DNA from: an uncultured Rickettsiales bacterium
GTDB taxonomy: Bacteria > Pseudomonadota > Alphaproteobacteria > Rickettsiales > JACKKO01
Direction: 5' to 3'
NCBI GenBank assembly: GCA_964644885.1
Contig: CAZXYG010000020.1
Coordinates: forward strand, 1 to 33,447
DNA length: 33,447 nt
Notes under the pieces: generated by a model
Seen by the model: the letters and a program-made list of their open reading frames with translations, nothing else
Told to the model about the DNA's origin: nothing
Database searches by the model: none
Shown: piece after piece, positions 27,334 through 33,447 of the stretch
Layout of the letters: each line of letters begins with the position of its first letter
Numbering within the stretch: position 1 is the stretch's first letter
Made by a program: the position numbers and the translations under genes

Positions 27334-28770
27334 ATGAAAGTTATTGAGAATCATCCGGCATATCCCAATGCGGTATTTTATGTGGCAACAGAACAAGAAT
27401 ATGGTTTGAACGGAATAGTGGTTGGGGTGAAAGCGCCTAACAACTCTTTCGGATACGATGCGGCGACTAAAACAACGACCTATATGGGCGGGTGCAGGCT
27501 GAACACTGGGGTCAGCAATCTTTCTTCTCTAACTGAAACAGATTTTGCACAACAAGTGGCAGCATTAGAGAATACCAAGGTGTCTTGGGCGTCAAAATTT
27601 GAAAAAGATCTTGATTATGCTAACGTAGTGGATCACGCTTATTCGCTCGCCAAAGGAATGCGGGATAAATGTGCGGCGGCTTCGTCTGGTAATCCTCAAG
27701 CGCCACTCAGAGAAATAGCGGGCGGTAAGCTTGTCGTTATGAAAAAAGCGAATGGGGAGCATCCTTTGTCCACGGACGAAGGCGCACAGCAAGTCGCAAG
27801 ATTCTTACAAGAAATTGCCGGCCATACATTAGAAAACGGAGAAAGAAGCGTATATATCACAGCAGAAGATGCGGGTACGCCTGGGAATTATATAGAAACA
27901 TTATCTAAATTTAGTCCACATGCATGTGGTTTGCCTGTGGACGGTATACCACCATCTGTTTATAGCGGAGATCCATCGCCCGTCACAGCGAGAGTGACAG
28001 TTGCTGCAACAAAACAGGCGATTGAGCGGATGCGAATGGAAGGATTGCTTCCAGGCCAACCGGGAAGCGATATGAGTGGTTTGACCGTTATTATACAAGG
28101 CGGTGCGGGTAACGTAGGTAGGCCATCGGTGGAGATGTTTTCTAAGGCTGGCGCCTCTGTCATTGTTTTTAATCGTGATGAAACTTCAGCTGATAAAGCT
28201 CAGCTTGCACAGCTGCGCACTCTTATTCAAGACAAGGGTCTTAAGAATGTTACGGTGCATACCGATCTCAGCAAAATGTACGATACGCAAGCCCATATAT
28301 TTGTGCCAAGCGGTCCCGGCAACGTGGTAACTGGTATAACGCAAGGCAATAATGGAGTTGCGCTTGTTATTGGGTCGGCAAATATTCCAATGCAGAATGA
28401 TACCAGAGAATCTCTATCTGCGCTACATGGTGATGGTGTAAACATAGTTGTGCCTGATCACAAGAGAAAAGGTATAGAAGGAAGAGGTATAGTTGTTTTC
28501 GAATCGGCGCATGTGAATTTTGGTGGTATAGCGGCGGTATTATACGATCACCGTGTAAGAGCAGGTAAAACCGAAGCGTCTCCAGAAGCTTTTGAACACA
28601 TGGTAGTGGAACATGAGAAAGCGGCTGTTGCTATGGTCAACCGTATCGCGGATAACTCGTTTGCGAGTAAAGATAAAGATATAGATAAGAGAAATCTTTC
28701 TGCAGCAATGGCTGGAAATCTAATTGTTTTGGAGGAGGTTGGTCTTATCTCACAACGGGTTCGATGTTAG
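27334..28770 (+). CDS. Divergent Glu/Leu/Phe/Val-dehydrogenase-family protein (closest in pattern to Leu/Phe/Val dehydrogenases), 478 aa
   Basis: I aligned it by eye to Leu dehydrogenase from memory. The matches are MGGCRL (GGxR), LAKGMRDKCAAA (..MTYKNA..), AGGKLVV (GGGK catalytic Lys), YITAEDAGT (YITAEDVGT), SGDPSPVTA (SGNPSPVTA), the Rossmann motif VIIQGGAGNVG, IFVPSGPG, VIGSANIPM (IAGSANNQL) and PD...NFGGI. The SD GAGGAG precedes ATG 27334. The gene is AT-richer than its neighbours. Confidence 0.6.
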   Translation: MKVIENHPAYPNAVFYVATEQEYGLNGIVVGVKAPNNSFGYDAATKTTTYMGGCRLNTGVSNLSSLTETDFAQQVAALENTKVSWASKFEKDLDYANVVDHAYSLAKGMRDKCAAASSGNPQAPLREIAGGKLVVMKKANGEHPLSTDEGAQQVARFLQEIAGHTLENGERSVYITAEDAGTPGNYIETLSKFSPHACGLPVDGIPPSVYSGDPSPVTARVTVAATKQAIERMRMEGLLPGQPGSDMSGLTVIIQGGAGNVGRPSVEMFSKAGASVIVFNRDETSADKAQLAQLRTLIQDKGLKNVTVHTDLSKMYDTQAHIFVPSGPGNVVTGITQGNNGVALVIGSANIPMQNDTRESLSALHGDGVNIVVPDHKRKGIEGRGIVVFESAHVNFGGIAAVLYDHRVRAGKTEASPEAFEHMVVEHEKAAVAMVNRIADNSFASKDKDIDKRNLSAAMAGNLIVLEEVGLISQRVRC

Positions 28771-28818
28771 TTGCCTAAGAACCGCCATAATGTCGCTATA
28801 TTCTCGCTGAAAAGCAGC

Positions 28819-29754
28819 TCAACGCGCTTGTTTCAGTTTCTCAAAATCTTCCCCGGCATGGTATGAGGAGCGCGTCAGCGGCGTGGCGGAAACCATTTTA
28901 AAACCCTTGGCGCGGGCCATGCGCTCCATCGTTTGGAATTCGTCCGGCGTGACGTAGCGCATCACCGGCGCATGGCGCGGCGTAGGCTGAAGATACTGGC
29001 CTATGGTCAAAAACTCCACTTCCGCCGAGCGCAAATCATCCATCACCTGATAGACCTCCTCATTGGTTTCGCCAAGCCCAACCATGAGGCCGGATTTAGT
29101 AAAAATATCGGCATCGAGCCGTTTGACGTGATGCAGCAGATTCAGCGAATGGAAATACCGCGCGCCGGGCCGGATGCGCGGATAGAGCGCGGGCACGGTC
29201 TCGATATTGTGATTGTACACGTCCGGTCGCGCTTTCACTACGATTTCCATTGCCCCTTCCTTGCGTAAAAAATCCGGGGTCAAAACTTCGATAGTAGTGC
29301 CGGGAGACATGTCCCGGATTTTCTTGATGCACCGCGAAAAATGCTCCGCCCCTCCGTCAGCCAGATCGTCGCGATCCACTGACGTAATAACGACATGCTT
29401 CAATCCCAGCTTGCTTACCGCTTGCGCCAAGTGTTCCGGTTCATGGGGGTCAAGCTTGTCGGGCAAGCCTGTCGCCACATTGCAGAAAGCGCAGGCACGG
29501 GTGCACACCGAACCCAGGATCATCACCGTGGCGTGTTTCTGGCTCCAGCATTCGCCGATATTAGGGCAGGCCGCTTCCTCGCACACGGTATGCAACTGAT
29601 GTTCCCGCATCAACTCGCGCGTCGCGTTATATTCCCGCGAAACCGGCGCTTTCACTCGTATCCACGGCGGCTTAGGCAGCGGCTCCGTTACCGCGTTTTT
29701 TGCCTTTTCGGGGTGGCGCAGACGCGCCGGATCAAGCGTGTGAAGAGTGGGCAT
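28819..29754 (-). CDS. lipA: Lipoyl synthase (radical SAM)
   Basis: The auxiliary cluster motif is [12 protein letters not shown] and the radical-SAM motif is [10 protein letters not shown]. Also present are [10 protein letters not shown] and TSVDRDDL. I chose the start at ATG 29754 (MPTLHTLD..), which has a GGAG SD. The track start at 29826 lies inside the upstream gene. Confidence 0.95.
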   Translation of the reverse strand: MPTLHTLDPARLRHPEKAKNAVTEPLPKPPWIRVKAPVSREYNATRELMREHQLHTVCEEAACPNIGECWSQKHATVMILGSVCTRACAFCNVATGLPDKLDPHEPEHLAQAVSKLGLKHVVITSVDRDDLADGGAEHFSRCIKKIRDMSPGTTIEVLTPDFLRKEGAMEIVVKARPDVYNHNIETVPALYPRIRPGARYFHSLNLLHHVKRLDADIFTKSGLMVGLGETNEEVYQVMDDLRSAEVEFLTIGQYLQPTPRHAPVMRYVTPDEFQTMERMARAKGFKMVSATPLTRSSYHAGEDFEKLKQAR

Positions 29755-29759
29755 GAATA

Positions 29760-30356
29760 TTACTCCGCGCACACTTCCCGGCACACGTCGAAACGGTCGC
29801 CGCTTTCCCGGCATTTCTTGAAACAACCGAAGTGCATGCCGGAGAACCCGCTATTGTCATCGTCTATTTCGGTATCCTGTTCTGCGGAATTTCCCTCCGA
29901 CGCGCCGAAAGCGCCGATGAAATCATCCACGCTGCCTTCCCCGGCGCAAACCGAGAGGCAATCCGCATCGGAAAGCCCTTTTTTATTGCACCGGCCGAAG
30001 CATCCGGAGGATGCGCCGTGTTTTTCCTTCGCATTTCCGGGCGTTGCGCGTTTTTTCCGCTCTGCGCCTGTCTGGCATTTTTCGCGGCAGACGGCATCAT
30101 CTCCTTCCTGTGAAACGCAGCGATCAAAACATACCCTGCTGAGTTTCGGTTTCGCTTCCGCGCTATCGTCATTGGAGCCGTAGACATGCTCAAGTTCCTT
30201 TTTCTTGGCCAGGCATTGTTGGTTGCAGTCATAGGGCATGGCTCCCGCTTGCCGCATGCAACTATTATAGCATGAAAAATCTCGCACCTGCGCGCGCGCC
30301 GCGCCCGGCAATAGGGCCAGCGCCATTATAAGCATCGAAAAAAATATCGACCGCAT
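29760..30356 (-). CDS. Secreted cysteine-rich protein built from four twin-CX3C (C-x3-C-x9/10-C-x3-C) modules; family unknown
   Basis: The signal peptide is [23 protein letters not shown]. It is followed by the modules [61 protein letters not shown] and [20 protein letters not shown], separated by charged linkers. The stop is 5 nt upstream of the lipA ATG. An alternative start is ATG 30365. The track start at 30449 overlaps lpdA. Confidence 0.65.
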   Translation of the reverse strand: MRSIFFSMLIMALALLPGAARAQVRDFSCYNSCMRQAGAMPYDCNQQCLAKKKELEHVYGSNDDSAEAKPKLSRVCFDRCVSQEGDDAVCREKCQTGAERKKRATPGNAKEKHGASSGCFGRCNKKGLSDADCLSVCAGEGSVDDFIGAFGASEGNSAEQDTEIDDDNSGFSGMHFGCFKKCRESGDRFDVCREVCAE

Positions 30357-30405
30357 GACGCACATGTAACACAAAAATCGTTTCACCGCGATGCTCGATT
30401 CATAT

Positions 30406-31806
30406 TCATATATGCAGTGCGCGGCCAAAAGCGGCGAGCGTGGATTCATGCATCATTTCGGAAAGCGTGGGATGCGGAAAGACGGTATGCATAAAATCGG
30501 CCTCGGTGGCTTCGAGCGTCCTGCCGATGGCAAAGCCCTGGATAAGCTCCGTCACTTCCGCTCCGATCATATGCGCACCCAGCAATTCGCCGGTCCGTTC
30601 GTCGAATATGGTTTTGACCAACCCCTCCGGCTCGCCCAGCGCAATCGCCTTGCCGTTGCCGATATAGGAGAAGCGCCCCACCTTCACCTTGTATCCTTTT
30701 TCTTTTGCCTGCGCTTCGGTAAGGCCTACGCTCGCGATTTGCGGTCGGCAATAGGTGCAGCCGGGGATATTTCCGGCATTGATGGGGTGAACGCCTGCCA
30801 CTCCGGCGAGTTTCTCAACACAGATCACGCCCTCGTGGCTGGCCTTGTGCGCAAGCCATGGCGGCCCGGCGAGGTCGCCGATAGCATAGACGCCAGGTTC
30901 GCCAGTTTCCAGCCATTCATTCACCACGACATGACTTTTCTCGATTTTAACTTTCGTGCCTTCCAAACCCAGATTCTCGATATTACCCACGATGCCCACC
31001 GCCAGAATCACGCGATCAATTTTGAGTTCCTGCGTTTTTTTATCCTTGCCTTGGAGCGTGGCAGTGACAGTGTCCTTACCCTTTTTTAGGTTCGCTACCG
31101 TCATGCCAGTATGAATGATCATGCCCTGTTTCTCGAAACTCTTGCATGCGAGTTGGGCAATCTCCTCATCCTCCACCGGCAGAATGCGGTCCATCACTTC
31201 CACCACCGTAACTCTTGCTCCCAGGGTTTGATAAAAGCTGGAGAACTCGATTCCGATCGCGCCGCTGCCCACCACCAGCAGCGATTCGGGCAGGCTTTCC
31301 GGCACCATCGCCTCCTTATACGTCCAGATTACTTTACCGTCCGGCTCAAGACCTGGAAGGGTGCGCGCCCGCGCGCCGGTGGCAAGAATGATGTGTTTTG
31401 CTTCCAACTCGGCGATGCGCTTCTCGCCCTCTTTCACCAGCACCTTGCCGCGCCCGTTAAGCTTGCCGTGGCCCTCGAACACCATCACTTTATTTTTCTT
31501 CATCAGATGGCGGATGCCGTCGGAAAGCTGCTTGGCCACACCACGCGAACGCTGCACGATTTTTTTGAAATCGAAAGAGATATCCTTCGCCACGAAACCA
31601 TATTCACCCATATGGTTAAGAAGGTGATAAATCTCCGAGGATCGCAGCAGCGCCTTGGTGGGGATGCAGCCCCAGTTGAGGCAGATGCCGCCCAGATGCT
31701 CACGCTCCACGATAGCGGTTTTCATGCCGAGCTGCGCCGCGCGGATCGCGGCCACATATCCGCCGGGGCCGCCGCCGATGATGATGATATCGAAGGATTC
31801 AGCCAT
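30406..31806 (-). CDS. lpdA: Dihydrolipoyl dehydrogenase (E3)
   Basis: The FAD motif is IIIGGGPGGYVAAIRAAQLG. The redox-active disulfide is GGICLNWGCIPTKALL. The NAD motif is VVGSGAIGIEF and the C-terminal motif is HPTLSE. Confidence 0.96.
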   Translation of the reverse strand: MAESFDIIIIGGGPGGYVAAIRAAQLGMKTAIVEREHLGGICLNWGCIPTKALLRSSEIYHLLNHMGEYGFVAKDISFDFKKIVQRSRGVAKQLSDGIRHLMKKNKVMVFEGHGKLNGRGKVLVKEGEKRIAELEAKHIILATGARARTLPGLEPDGKVIWTYKEAMVPESLPESLLVVGSGAIGIEFSSFYQTLGARVTVVEVMDRILPVEDEEIAQLACKSFEKQGMIIHTGMTVANLKKGKDTVTATLQGKDKKTQELKIDRVILAVGIVGNIENLGLEGTKVKIEKSHVVVNEWLETGEPGVYAIGDLAGPPWLAHKASHEGVICVEKLAGVAGVHPINAGNIPGCTYCRPQIASVGLTEAQAKEKGYKVKVGRFSYIGNGKAIALGEPEGLVKTIFDERTGELLGAHMIGAEVTELIQGFAIGRTLEATEADFMHTVFPHPTLSEMMHESTLAAFGRALHI

Positions 31807-31857
31807 AAAGTATCTCTATTTCTTTAGCAATTTCTTCCACAGCCTTGGCATAGCCCT

Positions 31858-32046
31858 TTACAGCCCTTTGGTTAAATAGAATCCGCCAACAACGAGAAGA
31901 TAGAGCAGCGGCAAAGCCGTCAGGGTAATTTTTGTTACACCGCCAAATCCGAAACAAAAAATCCCCCATGTCAGCGCAATTGCCAAATGGTGCCATATGG
32001 TCAGCCTTTCCGGTCCCAAAAGAATCCTGCGCCATTTTAATGCCAT
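31858..32046 (-). CDS. Small (62 aa) predicted two-TM membrane protein between pdhC and lpdA
   Basis: MALKWRRILLGPERLTIWHHLAIALTWGIFCFGFGGVTKITLTALPLLYLLVVGGFYLTKGL contains two hydrophobic stretches. The ATG lies 5 nt after the pdhC stop and the gene is in the same orientation as the operon. There is no SD and I recognise no family. Confidence 0.45.
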   Translation of the reverse strand: MALKWRRILLGPERLTIWHHLAIALTWGIFCFGFGGVTKITLTALPLLYLLVVGGFYLTKGL

Positions 32047-32051
32047 ATTTT

Positions 32052-33356
32052 TTACACCAGCATCGTGACCGGGGCTTCGAGATAGCGTTTGAACGCTTGC
32101 AACCACTCCGCGCCCAAAGCACCATCCACGGCGCGATGATCGACCGAGAGCGTGGCGTGCATCAGCGTGGCGGCGCGAACTTCGCCACCCTCGATCACCG
32201 CGCGCTGCTCGCCTGCTCCAACCGCGAGGATGCAGGCCTGCGGCGGGTTGATGATGGCCTCGAAATGCTTGACGCCGTACATGCCGAGATTGGAAATGCT
32301 GAACCCGCCGCCCTCGTATTCGTGAGGCTTGAGTTGCATGTTGCGCGCACGCGCGGCCAGCTCCTTCATCTCAGCCGAAATCTGCGGCAGGGTTTTCTGA
32401 TCGGCATTTTTGACGATGGGAGTGATCAGCCCGCCCGGCGTCGCCACCGCCACCGAAACATCCACGTTATGATACTGCGCCAGCGCGTCGTCGTACCAGG
32501 AGACGTTCACCGCGGGAATATCCCGCATGGCAAGCGCCACGGCCTTGATAACCATATCGTTGACCGAAATCTTATAGGCCGGGTCGGCGTTTTTTCCTGC
32601 TTTCATCGCGGCGTGATCGTTAAGCTGTTTTCGCGCCGCCAACAGATCGTCGATGCGGCAATCAATGGTGAGATAGAAATGCGGAATGGTCTGCTTGGAT
32701 TCCGTGAGCCTTCGCGCAATGGCGCGGCGCATGGTGCTGTGCGGCACTTGAGAAAACTCCTGCGGGTTGCGCCGTATAACGCCCGCGCCGCCACCCCTTG
32801 ATGCTTCCTCCACGTCCGCCCGGACTATGCGCCCGTGCGGTCCGGTGCCTGTGACTTGTGAAAGATCGATCCCCGCTTCGGCGGCAATGCGGCGGGCGAG
32901 CGGGCTGGCTTTCACTCGGCGCTGGGCGCTTGGCACCGGGCGCTGGGCGAGTGAGGGGGCAGGCGTTGGTGCGGGTGCCGGTGTTAGTGTAGGCGCATGT
33001 TTTCTGGACGGTTCTTTTCGTGATTCCCGATTCCCGATTCCCGATTCCTTACTGGCTTCTGGCTTCTGACTTCTGATTTCCGGTTTATACTTCTCCAGCG
33101 CCTTTCTATCCTCCCCTTCTTCGAGCAGTAGCGCGATGGCCTGATTGACCGGCACGCCCTGCGTTCCTTCTTTCACCAGAATTTTCCCCAGCGTACCCTC
33201 GTCCACCGCTTCCACTTCCATAGTCGCCTTGTCGGTTTCGATCTCGGCGATTACCTCACCGGATTTCACCACATCGCCTTCCTTCTTGTTCCATTTGGCA
33301 AGCGTGCCCTCGGTCATGGTGGGCGAAAGGGCGGGCATCAGGATTTCAATGGGCAT
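32052..33356 (-). CDS. pdhC: Pyruvate dehydrogenase complex dihydrolipoamide acetyltransferase (E2)
   Basis: The lipoyl domain reads [28 protein letters not shown]...[13 protein letters not shown]. An Ala/Pro linker follows, then the E3-binding domain [29 protein letters not shown]. The catalytic motif is [10 protein letters not shown]. Confidence 0.95.
   Translation of the reverse strand: MPIEILMPALSPTMTEGTLAKWNKKEGDVVKSGEVIAEIETDKATMEVEAVDEGTLGKILVKEGTQGVPVNQAIALLLEEGEDRKALEKYKPEIRSQKPEASKESGIGNRESRKEPSRKHAPTLTPAPAPTPAPSLAQRPVPSAQRRVKASPLARRIAAEAGIDLSQVTGTGPHGRIVRADVEEASRGGGAGVIRRNPQEFSQVPHSTMRRAIARRLTESKQTIPHFYLTIDCRIDDLLAARKQLNDHAAMKAGKNADPAYKISVNDMVIKAVALAMRDIPAVNVSWYDDALAQYHNVDVSVAVATPGGLITPIVKNADQKTLPQISAEMKELAARARNMQLKPHEYEGGGFSISNLGMYGVKHFEAIINPPQACILAVGAGEQRAVIEGGEVRAATLMHATLSVDHRAVDGALGAEWLQAFKRYLEAPVTMLV
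33022..33084 (-). repeat. Tandem heptanucleotide repeats inside the pdhC inter-domain linker: (GATTCCC)x3 plus one variant unit, then (TTCTGRC)-type x4-5 on the plus strand
   Basis: Direct reading gives nine consecutive 7-nt units (63 nt, 21 codons): gattccc gattccc gattccc gattcct tactggc ttctggc ttctgac ttctgat ttccggt. On the coding strand they encode [21 protein letters not shown]. Confidence 0.8.
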
Positions 33357-33365
33357 ATTGACTCT

Positions 33366-33398
33366 CTACCCCTTCCTATAACACGCCTGCTTCGCCGC
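33366..33398 (-). other. pdhB: Terminal 10 codons plus stop of a pdhB-like (E1 beta) reading frame directly upstream of pdhC
   Basis: The minus strand reads ..L-AAKQACYRKG-TAG. The stop lies 9 nt before the pdhC ATG, and GGAAGGGG/GAGAG in and just after the last pdhB codons serves as the pdhC SD. The sequence resembles alphaproteobacterial E1-beta C-termini (..EA[AV]KxVCY..). The frame stays open to the window edge, but the upstream residues (ASMMSSFCGKASFSRL) are not E1-beta-like. Confidence 0.5.
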
Positions 33399-33447
33399 CA
33401 ATCTGGAGAAACTCGCTTTGCCGCAGAAGGAAGACATCATCGAGGCG
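33394..33447 (+). other. pdhB: Plus-strand segment encoding the conserved E1-beta motif AANLEKLALPQKEDIIEA, in opposite orientation to pdhC; truncated by the window edge
   Basis: Plus-frame codons are gcc gcc aat ctg gag aaa ctc gct ttg ccg cag aag gaa gac atc atc gag gcg. An in-frame TAA at 33379..33381 and unrelated residues (HACF) precede them. AANLEKLALP is a near-invariant E1-beta C-terminal block. Confidence 0.55.

Noticed and set aside
28771-28818. A possible att-like direct repeat of the tRNA-Val 3' end at the far side of the AT-rich islet (aaccgccataat versus caccgcccaccatat).
   Set aside because: Only a 6-nt core (ACCGCC) is shared, which is indistinguishable from chance. It gives no support for a defined integration boundary.
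2124-30449. Longer N-terminal extensions offered by the ORF track: tal 2124, DUF45 2780, ubiG 3502, atpC 4961, the dsbA-like gene 8443, XRE 13724, lpxK 17864, tig 20489, lipA 29826 and the Cys-rich gene 30449.
   Set aside because: The extensions overlap upstream genes or promoters, often use non-ATG codons, and add residues absent from the conserved family N-termini. Internal ATGs with SD sequences fit better. The start choices remain inferences.
1-33447. A window-wide look for CRISPR arrays, IS elements or transposases, integrases, prophage genes, rRNA, riboswitches, and known defence or toxin-antitoxin pairs.
   Set aside because: None was seen. The only stand-alone regulators (XRE, ArsR) lack toxin partners. 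The intergenic spacers (220 nt at most) are too short for large RNAs and show no motif I recognise.

Overview
The window reads as a gene-dense chromosomal segment of alphaproteobacterial type. That assignment rests on synteny: tig-clpP-clpX-lon-hup-tRNA-Val, TPR-ispE, msbA-DUF374-waaA-lpxK-lpxL, and pdhB'-pdhC-lpdA-lipA. Almost everything is housekeeping: replication restart, ubiquinone and isoprenoid synthesis, envelope and lipid A biogenesis, protein quality control, and the pyruvate dehydrogenase/lipoate genes. I support 33 protein genes, 2 tRNAs, several promoter, terminator and repeat elements, and a pdhB tail split into two oppositely oriented fragments. priA is missing from the supplied ORF track because it runs off the left edge. 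I found no rRNA, CRISPR array, transposase, integrase or recognisable defence or toxin-antitoxin module. Five things deserve a second look. (1) A secreted protein made of four tandem twin-CX3C modules sits between lpdA and lipA; I cannot place it in a known bacterial family. (2) The conserved 3' end of pdhB is split across the two strands at the right edge, consistent with a 45-nt in-frame microinversion or a rearrangement breakpoint. (3) Related heptanucleotide-repeat or palindromic elements appear to be inserted in frame in pdhC, ubiG and probably priA. (4) An AT-richer one-gene islet next to tRNA-Val carries a divergent Leu/Phe/Val-dehydrogenase-like enzyme. (5) atpC and iscX sit away from their usual operons. 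All calls come from reading the translations and DNA by eye; no searches were run.
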